IMG/VR virus record: IMGVR_UViG_3300016672_000052
Location: 1-36,325 of that record
Reading direction: 5' to 3' (one strand)
Length of the DNA stretch: 36,325 nucleotides
DNA from: a virus
Lineage: Duplodnaviria > Caudoviricetes
A program made the position numbers and the translations under genes. How positions within the stretch are numbered: the first letter of the stretch is position 1; every line of letters starts with the position of its first letter. Under the pieces are notes generated by a model. The model made no database searches. It saw only the letters and a list, made by a program, of their open reading frames with translations, and was not told where the DNA came from. Below are positions 1-8,705 of this stretch, piece by piece.

Positions 1-1
1 T

Positions 2-439
2 GGAGCATGGCTCTACAAACTATCAACTCAATTTCAACAGACCCTGTCTGACGCCTTAAAAGATCTTCCTCTAATAATAGAGGTTGAATTAACAGATGGT
101 CGAAAAATTGGGATTGTGCACGCAGAGACTCCGCTGACGCATAACGATGACACCTGGCAGAGTGCAAAGGACGCAATCACGGGTCAATTTGGCGAAGTCC
201 ATCAACGCCTAGCGTTAGAAAAAGCACTGTACGCCAGAACAAAAATCGAATGCCTCGACGAAGCTTTAACTCAAGGTATTGATCAAGTTTATGTCGGCCA
301 TTCAACTGTATCCTCCCTTACCTATTTGGGAAATACGATCTACATAGATACAGGCTGCTCCTTTGACGACGGAGCGTTAACCCTCATAGAACTAACGACT
401 CAGACGGCTACAAACGTTTCCATGCAAGCAATGCACTAA
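2..439 (+). CDS. Metallophosphoesterase / Ser-Thr protein phosphatase (PphA/lambda NinI-like), 5'-truncated by window edge
   Basis: Frame is open from base 2: GAWLY...LPLIIEV...IGIVHAE...YVGHS...YIDTG. These are C-terminal motifs of PPP-family phosphatases. AT-richer than the prophage. Confidence 0.8.
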   Translation, partial: GAWLYKLSTQFQQTLSDALKDLPLIIEVELTDGRKIGIVHAETPLTHNDDTWQSAKDAITGQFGEVHQRLALEKALYARTKIECLDEALTQGIDQVYVGHSTVSSLTYLGNTIYIDTGCSFDDGALTLIELTTQTATNVSMQAMH

Positions 440-591
440 AGAGACGCCAGGGTCAGGCCACGATATCCGACACAATCATTGATTGAGGATCCTCACCGTG
501 TCCCCTGTCGCTTGAGACGGTGAAGAGCGCAAAACACCCCTGATACATCCCTGATAAACTAGGCCACTCGCCTCGTTGACTCAGATTCCCA

Positions 592-660
592 ATGTCCCTA
601 CAAACAGCTCCACTCTCCCGCCGCTTCTCCGTTGCCCCGATGATGGATTGGAACTGTTAA
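592..660 (+). pseudogene. dusA: Displaced 5' stub of dusA ([22 protein letters not shown]-stop)
   Basis: Translates to the same [13 protein letters not shown] peptide as the dusA at the right end, then diverges right after the att core and stops at TAA 658-660. Confidence 0.85.
640..652 (+). repeat. attL core ATGATGGATTGGA
   Basis: Exact direct repeat of 36237-36249. Confidence 0.9.
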
Positions 661-708
661 TTCTACAGGGCACGTAATACATGCCCTTCAGCGCATACCA
701 AAAACTCC

Positions 709-729
709 CGTACCACTTCTGTACCACCT
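709..729. repeat. Putative integrase arm-type sites (CGTACCACTT, TGTACCACCT; 11-bp period)
   Basis: Both 10-mers recur exactly as reverse complements at 36067-36076 and 36088-36097 near attR. Confidence 0.75.
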
Positions 730-961
730 TCCTCTTAAACTGCTCCCACCTGGCGTGAAACCCATGCGCCCTGTCGTGCTAATGCTGATCGCTAATGCCT
801 GTCGCTCCAATCCCAGCAACCTCAACAACTGACAGCATTTAACGCTGTGCGGGAAAGAGAGAGCGCGCGCGAGTGTGAGACGGATGTGGAGCGCGCAATC
901 ATGCATGCGGCGTCAGTAGATCCCCCGGCCTAAGCACATTCAGGATTTTCATGTTGACCCA

Positions 962-1249
962 CGGGAAACAGGTTAGGAGGGTTAGTTTTTTGCTGGATGC
1001 TGTGAAAGCCTTGTCTGGTGCTGGTTTGCGAAGGATTGGCAAAGTTAGCTTCTGGTTAGCAGTGGTAATTACCTAACCTTTATTGATGTTAAATATTCAT
1101 TATATTAATTCCTTTAAAAACAGATAGTTACAGAGTCCTAACTTTTAACCTAACCCAATCTAACCCATCAAAGTTAGGTCTCAAGCCCAATAAATACAGG
1201 GCCTCCAGCCAAACACACCCCACTCAAAAAAAACCTAACCCTTTTCCCG
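962..1249. repeat. Iteron-like GGTTAG/CTAACC array around an AT-rich core; candidate replication origin
   Basis: RGTTAG at 971, 980, 1043, 1054, 1172. CTAACY at 1073, 1138, 1150, 1160, 1235. AT-rich tract about 1079-1130. Outer inverted repeat 962-977/1234-1249 (14/16). Confidence 0.55.
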
Positions 1250-1421
1250 AGGCACCAACTGAATCCGGCTGTCCATGAGCGCTTGTGAGCTTTGCGAAAA
1301 CTACCCACCTTCGCAGGGTTCCGCAGGGTTTTAACCCCCCCAGAACGCCAAGCAAGCGCCCAGCCTGAGCCGCCGGGAGTGGTCCGCAGGGGCGCAGAAA
1401 AAACGACCCATTTAGCCCGCA

Positions 1422-1440
1422 GGCGAGGTGGGGGGACGAC
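1422..1440 (+). other. cos (cohesive end) site, P2-type
   Basis: GGCGAGGTGGGGGGACGAC matches the P2 cos GGCGAGGCGGGGAAAGCAC (recalled from memory) at 14/19. Followed by GGCGCGCG and located on the portal side of the genome as in P2. Confidence 0.75.
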
Positions 1441-1775
1441 GGCGCGCGCCGAGTGCTGAAGCACGTCACTGCCCCGGTGTGGCACGCCAGTGGCCCGAGT
1501 GTGGCACGCCAACTCCCCACCCCTGCACCGGCCAGTCAGGGTGCTGCCAAGGTGGGAGCTGCCTGGAAGGCTTCGCTGCGCTGAAAGCCCTGTGTTTATT
1601 GGGCCACGCTGCCTTTTAGGGTTGTCGTGACACCTGCTAAATGCTATGTTTGAATGGGCTTTTTCATGCTGCTGAATGACAGACATTCGTCTGTGCCGGC
1701 TGAACTTTTCCACCTAACGTCCCCTCCTCCCCCTGCATTTCGTCGCCTCACATCGCGTAAGGGTCAAACCTCATT

Positions 1776-1795
1776 TACTGTATGCGCATACAGTA
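1776..1795. promoter_or_regulatory. LexA (SOS) box
   Basis: Perfect palindrome TACTGTATGCGCATACAGTA (CTG-N10-CAG), 14 bp before ATG 1810. Confidence 0.9.
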
Positions 1796-1809
1796 TTGGA
1801 CGCACCCCC

Positions 1810-2148
1810 ATGAACACAGACGAAGACAACTTCACCTGGCTTGGATTACCTACTCCGCTGGAGATGTATCAACAGCATTGCCGTTTGCTGGAGAACGAGA
1901 TCCAAGAGCTGAACGCACAATTGCGCAAAGCTCGGGCAGACATTTTCGGGATAAGTCAGATGCTGCTAGAAACCCAGGCGAAGAACAGCGAGTTCGCGGC
2001 GTATCTCCGAGCGCGCGGTGCCGAAGCCGCAGCAATGCGGAAGCAGATCTCAGACCTGACTACGTCGGATTTTGTAAGCCGACGAGAAGCGGAACAGTTA
2101 CGGCGGATAGTCAATGAAATGAGGCCTCGACCGATCACCATTGTCTAA
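1810..2148 (+). CDS. Hypothetical coiled-coil protein, SOS-regulated (112 aa)
   Basis: ATG 1810 follows the LexA box and GGA. Heptad-like LLENEIQELNAQLRKARADI. The longer 1654 start runs through the operator and is unlikely. Confidence 0.75.
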   Translation: MNTDEDNFTWLGLPTPLEMYQQHCRLLENEIQELNAQLRKARADIFGISQMLLETQAKNSEFAAYLRARGAEAAAMRKQISDLTTSDFVSRREAEQLRRIVNEMRPRPITIV

Positions 2149-2173
2149 GATCAAATCGAGAGAGGGCCGGACT

Positions 2174-2854
2174 ATGTGCGGAAGACTGTCGCAATACCGA
2201 GGTATCCACGACTTCGTAGCTGCTTTGAGCATGCCCAATGCATTGGCAAACTCCGTAGGCGAACAGCCTATTGAGCGCTACAACGTTGCGCCAACGACAA
2301 AAGTTGCACTGTTACATATGCAGGGTGACTTGCTGCACGCCGATCCCGTGCGCTGGGGGTGGCGACCGCATTGGGCTAAAGACCGCGCCGCACCGATTAA
2401 TGCGCGCGTCGAAAAAGTCGCCAACGGCCCGTTCTTCAGGGCGATCTGGCCGCACCGGGCGATTACGCCGATCGACAATTGGTTTGAATGGGTGGACGAA
2501 GGTGGGCCAAAGAAACAGCCCTATCTGATCCGCAGGCGGGATGGCTCGCCGATATTGTGTGCGGCCATCGGCCAACTGCCCGACGCTGATGAAGGCCCAG
2601 GCGAGCATGACGGCTTTGTGATCATCACCGCCGATAGTGCCGGCGGCATGGTCGACATCCACGACAGAAGGCCCGTGGTACTCCCCCCAGACCTTGCCCG
2701 CGAATGGTTGGATCCAGCAACGCCGAAGGAGCGTGCCGAGCAGATGGTGTTGCACCAGGGCGAGCCGTCCGAGGCCTTTGAATGGTTCAAGGTCAGCACC
2801 GCCGTGGGCAACGTTAAAAACAAGGAAGCCAGTTTGATTGATCCGGTTCCTTAG
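2174..2854 (+). CDS. SOS response-associated peptidase (SRAP/YedK/HMCES family), abasic-site crosslinking protein
   Basis: Begins MCGR (catalytic Cys2), with YNVAP, INARVE, FEW and IHDRRP motifs. RBS GAGGG upstream. Confidence 0.95.
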   Translation: MCGRLSQYRGIHDFVAALSMPNALANSVGEQPIERYNVAPTTKVALLHMQGDLLHADPVRWGWRPHWAKDRAAPINARVEKVANGPFFRAIWPHRAITPIDNWFEWVDEGGPKKQPYLIRRRDGSPILCAAIGQLPDADEGPGEHDGFVIITADSAGGMVDIHDRRPVVLPPDLAREWLDPATPKERAEQMVLHQGEPSEAFEWFKVSTAVGNVKNKEASLIDPVP

Positions 2855-3645
2855 AACAGACCACCCAATGCATCGGGCTCCCAATTCATGATGACCAGCT
2901 CCCCGCTGACATCGGCTTTCCCCTGCCGCTGATTTGCCGTGCTGTATCGGATATCCACCATTTCGAAGTGAAACCCTTCAAACACCTGCCGGATATCTGG
3001 GTGATCGTTGATGCTGACCATCACCTTGCCCTTGCACCGGCGCATGAAATCGGCCATCCGCTCGTAGTTTTCGAAGGGAAAGTCCACGCCATAGCCTGCG
3101 GTCTGCCAGTAAGGCGGGTCCATGTAGTGAAATGTATGCGGCCGATCGTACCTCTCCGCGCATTCCAGCCAGCCCAGGTTCTCAACGTAGGTGCCTGAGA
3201 GTCGTTGCCACGCGGCAGATAGGTTCTCCTCGATCCGCAGGAGGTTGATCGCCGGTCCAGTGGTAGCAGTGCCAAATGTCTGCCCGCTGACCTTGCCCGC
3301 AAAGGCATGGTGCTGCAGGTAGAAAAACCGCGCAGCCCGCTGGATGTCGGTAAGAGTTTCCGGCCTAGTCATCTTTTGCCATTCGAAGACCTGGCGGGAA
3401 CTTAGCGCCCACTTGAACTGGCGCACGAACTCTTCCAAGTGGTTCTGTACCACCCGGTACAACGTCACCAGGTCGCCATTGATGTCATTGAGAACCTCAA
3501 CGGGTGCAGCCTGTGGCCGCATGAAGTAAAGCGCGGCACCGCCGGCAAAAACCTCGACGTAGCATTCATGGGGTGGAAACAGTGGAATAAGACGATCTGC
3601 CAGGCGACGCTTGCCGCCCATCCACGGGATTATAGGTGTGCTCAT
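2851..3645 (-). CDS. DNA adenine methyltransferase (D12/Dam-like class)
   Basis: PWMGGK, YVEVFAGGAA (SAM binding), NDIN and DPPY motifs. AAGGA RBS before ATG 3645. Confidence 0.93.
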   Translation of the reverse strand: MSTPIIPWMGGKRRLADRLIPLFPPHECYVEVFAGGAALYFMRPQAAPVEVLNDINGDLVTLYRVVQNHLEEFVRQFKWALSSRQVFEWQKMTRPETLTDIQRAARFFYLQHHAFAGKVSGQTFGTATTGPAINLLRIEENLSAAWQRLSGTYVENLGWLECAERYDRPHTFHYMDPPYWQTAGYGVDFPFENYERMADFMRRCKGKVMVSINDHPDIRQVFEGFHFEMVDIRYSTANQRQGKADVSGELVIMNWEPDALGGLF

Positions 3646-3687
3646 AAGTGATCCTTGTTTCGACAATTGGATTCGCTTAGGCTTCGC

Positions 3688-3787
3688 ACCCCCTGCGCAG
3701 TGGGGCGAGGCCTTGGTTGGAGCACTCGGCGTGTTCGAGTGATTCAGCGTCGAGCTGGTGTTAGCGCACCGGCTCGTCGCCTCGTTT
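3688..3787 (+). ncRNA. Candidate structured RNA (antisense to, or leader of, the MTase mRNA)
   Basis: Three hairpins plus a closing helix CGAGGC/GCCTCG. TTGTTT-N17-TAGGCT upstream on the + strand. Strand uncertain. Confidence 0.45.
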
Positions 3788-3801
3788 ACTGCGCGGGGGT
3801 A

Positions 3802-4854
3802 CTACTTCCCCCCCGTTGGAAGCTCAAATTCTTTGAAGCTGACAACCTCTTCACCAAGCCACTCGTTTACCTGGGCCAGCCTCGCCTGTAGCGGCTCCAG
3901 TTCGTTGACCGCCCAAACCTCAGCAGCCTCCCGCAACGACCCAAAACCGCCTGCGTTCTGCGGCACGATGCCCATCAACTGCGGCGGAATGCGTAAAGCC
4001 GCGAGTAGATCGTCACGGCTGATGTTCTTGATCGAGCTGAATTCATCCTTAGCCGCCACTTCGCTGACCGGGATAAGTTGAATTCCGTCCTTCTTTCCGG
4101 CCGGCGCGTACACGAACAGGTTGCGAAAGTTGCCAGGCCCTTTGGAGTTCTTCAGGGCGGTGCGCAGCGAGTCGATGTCCTCTTCCTTCTGCGCCGCGTC
4201 GGTCATGTACAGGATGAAACCGGCGTGGCTGCCGTTGTTGTAGTACTTGCGCCGGAACAGTGTGGCGCTCTCGTTGAGGAGCGCACTTTGCAGCGCCGCC
4301 AGCCACTCCGGCAGGCCGTAGATCTCCTGATTGATATCGGCCTCGCGCAAGTGGCAGATCGATCCGGGGGCGAATTCGTGTTCATCCTTCCAGCCGCGCA
4401 CCTGGTAATAGGTCTCCATGTCCACGCCACGGCGCATGTACTTCGCCAGCGGCGGCAGCAGGCCCATTGTGTTGCGGAGCATGTTGTTGCGCTTTTCGAG
4501 GTAGCAGTTGCCGCACCAGAGCCAATCCAGGGCGAACTGTTCAAAGGCCTGTCGGCTCAACAGTCGATGGGGCACAAACGTGCGAGCGAGCATGTTGCGC
4601 TTGAAGTTCAGCCCTGACTGGAGGTACACGCTGGCCCGCGTTGTCTTCGCCAGGCCATCCATGGACATCGGCGTTTCAAACCAACGCCCGTTGGCCCAGC
4701 ACTCCAAGTAGTCGAGGATCTCCCGACTATCCAGCACCGGTGCAGGATCACCGAAAGTGAACGCTTCAACCGGCCCGGATTCAGGCGGTAGCACGTCCCC
4801 CTCAATGGGTGGCTGAGCGGTGGCCAATTGGGTGCCGCGCTTGCGTCTGCTCAT
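3802..4854 (-). CDS. Q: Portal protein (P2 gpQ-like)
   Basis: AFTFGDP, QEIYGLPEW, FRRKYYNNGSHAG and GGFG motifs. ATG overlaps the terminase stop (TGATG). Confidence 0.96.
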   Translation of the reverse strand: MSRRKRGTQLATAQPPIEGDVLPPESGPVEAFTFGDPAPVLDSREILDYLECWANGRWFETPMSMDGLAKTTRASVYLQSGLNFKRNMLARTFVPHRLLSRQAFEQFALDWLWCGNCYLEKRNNMLRNTMGLLPPLAKYMRRGVDMETYYQVRGWKDEHEFAPGSICHLREADINQEIYGLPEWLAALQSALLNESATLFRRKYYNNGSHAGFILYMTDAAQKEEDIDSLRTALKNSKGPGNFRNLFVYAPAGKKDGIQLIPVSEVAAKDEFSSIKNISRDDLLAALRIPPQLMGIVPQNAGGFGSLREAAEVWAVNELEPLQARLAQVNEWLGEEVVSFKEFELPTGGK

Positions 4855-6611
4855 CAGTAGGACTCCATAAATCCGGTGTTCGACGTGGTCTGCCCTTCGA
4901 GAGGTTCGTTGTGCAGTGCGTGGAATGTTGCCCACGCCAAATCGGCATGGCCGGTTTCGTCAGTGCGACCGGCCGTGTAAGTAAATTGGCGCCCGGAGGC
5001 GGTGATTGTTTTGCGGATAGCCATCAAGGACTGGGCCAGGTCGGTCCAGCCTGCGTCGAACTCCAGACGGCCGTTTTTGATGACGTCGTAGGCCTTCAGC
5101 ACCAGGCGTGTTTTGACTTCTGGCGAATAACTGAAAGCGGTGATGTTCGGGAAGAATTGCTTAACCAGCTGGGCCACGCCCGACCCCATGCCGGTGATGT
5201 CGATGCCGATGTAAGTGACCCAGTAACGCTTGGTGACCTGGCGAATCGCCTCAGCCTGGGCCGCAAAATCCATGCCTCGGAACTGGTGTTTCTCCAAGAC
5301 CCGAAACTTGCCACCAGGCACCATCGGCGGAGCGATCACCACCAGTCCAGCGCTGTCGCCACTCTCGGCCGGGTCGTATCCCACCCAAACCTGACGATCT
5401 CCAAACGGCCGCGCGGCAAACGGCTTGTAGTCCTGCGCCCACAGATCCCAGCTGTCCACCATGCACGGCTGCAACATCGCCAACGGAAAAATGCTCGCTC
5501 CGTCGTCGATGAACTGGCACATCAGCAAGTTCTGGAAAGCCTCGGCGTCGTACTCCTGACGTAGTTCGTCCAGGTCGAACAAATCGCACCCACGGTCTTC
5601 CGCGTCTAGGATGGTGACGATCTGTCGCCAAACCCGGTCCTCACACAGGCGCCCCTGTTGCAGCGCGTTGTGGGAAACGTCGATTTTGACCCGCTGCGCC
5701 GCCGGTTTGCCCTTGTTGAACCGCTCACCAGTCCAGAACGTATAGGCTTCGTGGGCCATGCTGGATGGCGTCGAAAAGTAGGTGCGGCGGTATTGCTTCT
5801 GCATCGCCATGCCGCTGGCGACCTTGTTCAGTTCCTTGAACTTGAACGTCCAGAAGAATTCGTCGAAGTAGAAATTGCCGTGGTAGCCCTGGGCGGTACG
5901 GGCATTGGTACCCAGGAAGTGAAGCTCCGCGCCATTGCCCAGAATGATCGGATCACCAGTCAGCTCGACGCCGACCACCTCACGAGCAAAGGCCTGAATG
6001 TAGGCTTTGAAGATATGCGCCTGGTTTTTCGAGGCCGACAGGAAGATCTGATTTCGACCAGTCGTGAGCGCATCGATCAGGGCCTCGCGGGCAAAGTAGT
6101 AAGTCGCGCCGATCTGCCGTGACTTGAGGATCGCCCTGGTCCGCTGACTACCCGCCTTGTACCAATCCAGCTGGTAGCCGAAGCAGCCGTCAATGAACGC
6201 TTCAGTCAGCTTTTCGATGTGTTCTTCGTCGAATTCGTTACGCTTCGGCGCCTTCTTCGGCCCCTCATTGCGCTTGGCGAGGTTCGGGTTCAGCTCAGTT
6301 TCTGTACCGCCTTCGTTGAAGCGCTGAATGCGGGCCTGGCGCTCCAACTGACGGTGCAGCAGGTCAATTTCCTTGTAGTCAGATCCTGACTTGGGATCCT
6401 TGAGGATCAGTTGCACGAGGCGGGCTTCGGTTGCCGCCTGGATGCGCTCCAGGGGCGTCGCCCGGTCCCATTCGTCGCGGGCCTTCCAGCTGTGCAGTGT
6501 TTTTTCCTTCTCCCCGATCAGCTCGGCGATCTCGCACACGCGATAGCCCTGCCAGTACAGGTGCTTGGCATGGCGGCGGTGATCAGTGGGCAATTCGACG
6601 ATGGCATTCAT
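4854..6611 (-). CDS. P: Terminase ATPase (large) subunit (P2 gpP-like)
   Basis: N-terminal HTH (LYWQGY), LKSRQIGAT Walker A, YFDEFFW Walker B, GYDPA nuclease motif, GHADLAWA. Confidence 0.97.
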   Translation of the reverse strand: MNAIVELPTDHRRHAKHLYWQGYRVCEIAELIGEKEKTLHSWKARDEWDRATPLERIQAATEARLVQLILKDPKSGSDYKEIDLLHRQLERQARIQRFNEGGTETELNPNLAKRNEGPKKAPKRNEFDEEHIEKLTEAFIDGCFGYQLDWYKAGSQRTRAILKSRQIGATYYFAREALIDALTTGRNQIFLSASKNQAHIFKAYIQAFAREVVGVELTGDPIILGNGAELHFLGTNARTAQGYHGNFYFDEFFWTFKFKELNKVASGMAMQKQYRRTYFSTPSSMAHEAYTFWTGERFNKGKPAAQRVKIDVSHNALQQGRLCEDRVWRQIVTILDAEDRGCDLFDLDELRQEYDAEAFQNLLMCQFIDDGASIFPLAMLQPCMVDSWDLWAQDYKPFAARPFGDRQVWVGYDPAESGDSAGLVVIAPPMVPGGKFRVLEKHQFRGMDFAAQAEAIRQVTKRYWVTYIGIDITGMGSGVAQLVKQFFPNITAFSYSPEVKTRLVLKAYDVIKNGRLEFDAGWTDLAQSLMAIRKTITASGRQFTYTAGRTDETGHADLAWATFHALHNEPLEGQTTSNTGFMESY

Positions 6612-6657
6612 GGCGCAGATGCTGCCGCCCGCGCGCGTACAGTTCCCGTGCCGGCCC

Positions 6658-6678
6658 TTGTAGTGCCTCGATCTACAA
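6658..6678. promoter_or_regulatory. Ogr-type late activator site between divergent P and O genes
   Basis: TTGTAG-N9-CTACAA dyad (TGTA-N11-TACA). Same motif before V and FI. Confidence 0.75.
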
Positions 6679-6762
6679 CAGCGCCTCGTTGCCCGTCGCG
6701 CTCGCGCTCAACAACATGCGCTCATCGCCAAGGCACACAGCCACCGCACTGAGGATTCACGC

Positions 6763-7641
6763 ATGGCCGGCAAAACCGACGTCCCAACCAAGAAACACCG
6801 TTCCAAGTTCTTCCGCGTCGCCGTTGAGGGCGCCACCACTGATGGCCGCCAGATCGAACGCCAATGGTTGGTCGATGCTGCCGAGACCTACAGCCAAAAC
6901 ACCTACGGCGCGCGGGTCTGGATTGAACACATGCGTAGCTTGCTGCCCGACAGTCCTTTCCGGGCCTACGGTGATGTGGTCGCGCTGAAGACCGAGGAAG
7001 TCGAGATCGCCGGCACCAAAAAGCTCGCCCTTTTCGCTCAGATCGAGCCTACCGCCGACCTGATCACCATGAACAAGGCGCGGCAGAAAATGTTTACCAG
7101 CATCGAGATCCGTCCGAAGTTCGCCGATACCGGGCGGGCCTATTTGGACGGCATCGCGGTCACCGACACACCAGCAAGCCTGGGCACTGAAATGCTGACT
7201 TTCAGCGCTCAGAACCCGACTCTGAATCCGTTGGCGACCCGCAAACGCGATCCCGGCAACTTGTTTTCCGAGGCGGTCGAGATCGAACTCGAATTCGAAG
7301 AAGTTGAGGACGAAAGCGGCAAGGTCGTAGGCCTGTTCAACCGCGTTCTCGAACTACTCGGCAAGAGCAAGGACAAGGAAGGCAAGGACGCCACTCTTTT
7401 CACTGAACTCGGCGAAGCCGTTGAAGCCATGGCCGAGCACGTCGCCAATCAGGGCGAAGCATTCACAGCGGAAAAGTCTGCCCGCGAAAAGCTCCAAACC
7501 GCCCACGACAAGTTGTCTGCTGACTTCAACGCACTGGTCGGCAAACTCGAAAAAACGCCGGACACCACCGGTCAAAAATCGCAGCACTCCGTTCGCCCGC
7601 CGGCTACGGGCGGTGACGGCGCGCTCGTCACCGACTGCTGA
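6763..7641 (+). CDS. O: Capsid scaffolding protein/protease (gpO)
   Basis: SKFFRVAVEGATTDGRQI and AVTDTPASLGTE motifs. Confidence 0.96.
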   Translation: MAGKTDVPTKKHRSKFFRVAVEGATTDGRQIERQWLVDAAETYSQNTYGARVWIEHMRSLLPDSPFRAYGDVVALKTEEVEIAGTKKLALFAQIEPTADLITMNKARQKMFTSIEIRPKFADTGRAYLDGIAVTDTPASLGTEMLTFSAQNPTLNPLATRKRDPGNLFSEAVEIELEFEEVEDESGKVVGLFNRVLELLGKSKDKEGKDATLFTELGEAVEAMAEHVANQGEAFTAEKSAREKLQTAHDKLSADFNALVGKLEKTPDTTGQKSQHSVRPPATGGDGALVTDC

Positions 7642-7686
7642 TCCAACCAACGGACAACACCCAGCCAAGGAACATCGGAGAACACC

Positions 7687-8694
7687 ATGCGTAACGATAC
7701 CCGCGTCCTGTACAACGCCTACCTGCAACAACTCGCCCAACTGCACGGCGTGAGCGACGTCACCACCAAATTTACCGCCGCCCCGAGTGTCGCGCAGACG
7801 CTGGAAACCCGTATCCAGGAATCCAGCGCGTTCCTCAGCGCCATCAACGTGTTTGGCGTTTCGGAGCAGTCGGGTGAAAAAATCGGCATCGGTATCGACG
7901 GCACCATCGCCAGCACCACCGACACTACGCTCAAAGACCGTGAACCCCGCGACCCGAGCGGCCTGGATAACCGTGGGTACACCTGCACCCAGACCAACTT
8001 CGATACGGGTATCCGCTACCAGAAGCTGGATCAATGGGCCAAGTTCAAGGACTTTCAGGCGCGGATCCGCGACGCCATCATCAAGGCACAAGCACTCAAC
8101 CGCATCATGATCGGCTGGAACGGTACCAGTCGGGCGGCAACATCCAATCCAGCCACCAACCCACTGTTGCAAGACGTGAACGTTGGTTGGTTGCAGAAAA
8201 TGCGTCTGGAGAACGCCGCTCGCGTCTTGCATGAAGTAGTGGACGGTAGTGGAAAGATTCAGATCGGCGCGGGCAAGGACTTCGAAAACATCGACGCCCT
8301 GGTAGTGAGCATGGTCAACGAGTTCATTGAGCCCTGGTATCAGGAAGATACCGACCTGGTGGTGATCTGTGGTCGCCAACTGCTGGCCGACAAGTACTTC
8401 CCCATCATCAACAAATCTCAGGCACCGACGGAAATGCTCGCGGCCGATATCGTCACCAGCCAGAAGCGTATTGGCAACCTGCCGGCCGTACGTGTTCCGC
8501 ACTTCCCGGCTAACGGCCTGCTGGTGACTCGTCTCGATAACCTGTCGCTGTACTGGCAGGAAGGCACCCGCCGCCGAACTGTTGTCGACAACGCCAAACG
8601 CGACCGTATCGAAAACTTCGAATCGGTCAATGAAAGCTACGTGATTGAAGACCTGGGCTGCGCTGCCATGGCCGAAAACATCACCCTTAGCTGA
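7687..8694 (+). CDS. N: Major capsid protein, P2 family (gpN)
   Basis: PSVAQTLE, RIMIGWNG, NPLLQDVNVGWLQK and LDNLSLYWQ motifs. Confidence 0.97.
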   Translation: MRNDTRVLYNAYLQQLAQLHGVSDVTTKFTAAPSVAQTLETRIQESSAFLSAINVFGVSEQSGEKIGIGIDGTIASTTDTTLKDREPRDPSGLDNRGYTCTQTNFDTGIRYQKLDQWAKFKDFQARIRDAIIKAQALNRIMIGWNGTSRAATSNPATNPLLQDVNVGWLQKMRLENAARVLHEVVDGSGKIQIGAGKDFENIDALVVSMVNEFIEPWYQEDTDLVVICGRQLLADKYFPIINKSQAPTEMLAADIVTSQKRIGNLPAVRVPHFPANGLLVTRLDNLSLYWQEGTRRRTVVDNAKRDRIENFESVNESYVIEDLGCAAMAENITLS

Positions 8695-8705
8695 GGCAGG
8701 CAATC

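Noticed and set aside
971-1240. Telomere-like (TTAGGG/CCCTAA) appearance of the repeats
   Set aside because: Units are dispersed, in both orientations and not tandem. An iteron array explains them better.
688-1713. ORFs 688-906, 1174-1713, 1224-1520 and 1428-1619
   Set aside because: Overlap arm sites, the repeat array and cos. No recognisable motifs or RBS. Region reads as non-coding.
2851-3645. Restriction-modification or other defence system
   Set aside because: Neither methyltransferase has an adjacent nuclease, and no recognisable defence genes were seen in the cargo slots.
7354-8703. 449-aa minus-strand ORF (and similar long antisense ORFs at 10935-11966, 19823-20707, 29149-30114)
   Set aside because: Shadows of GC-rich, strongly codon-biased real genes on the opposite strand. 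No motifs or RBS.
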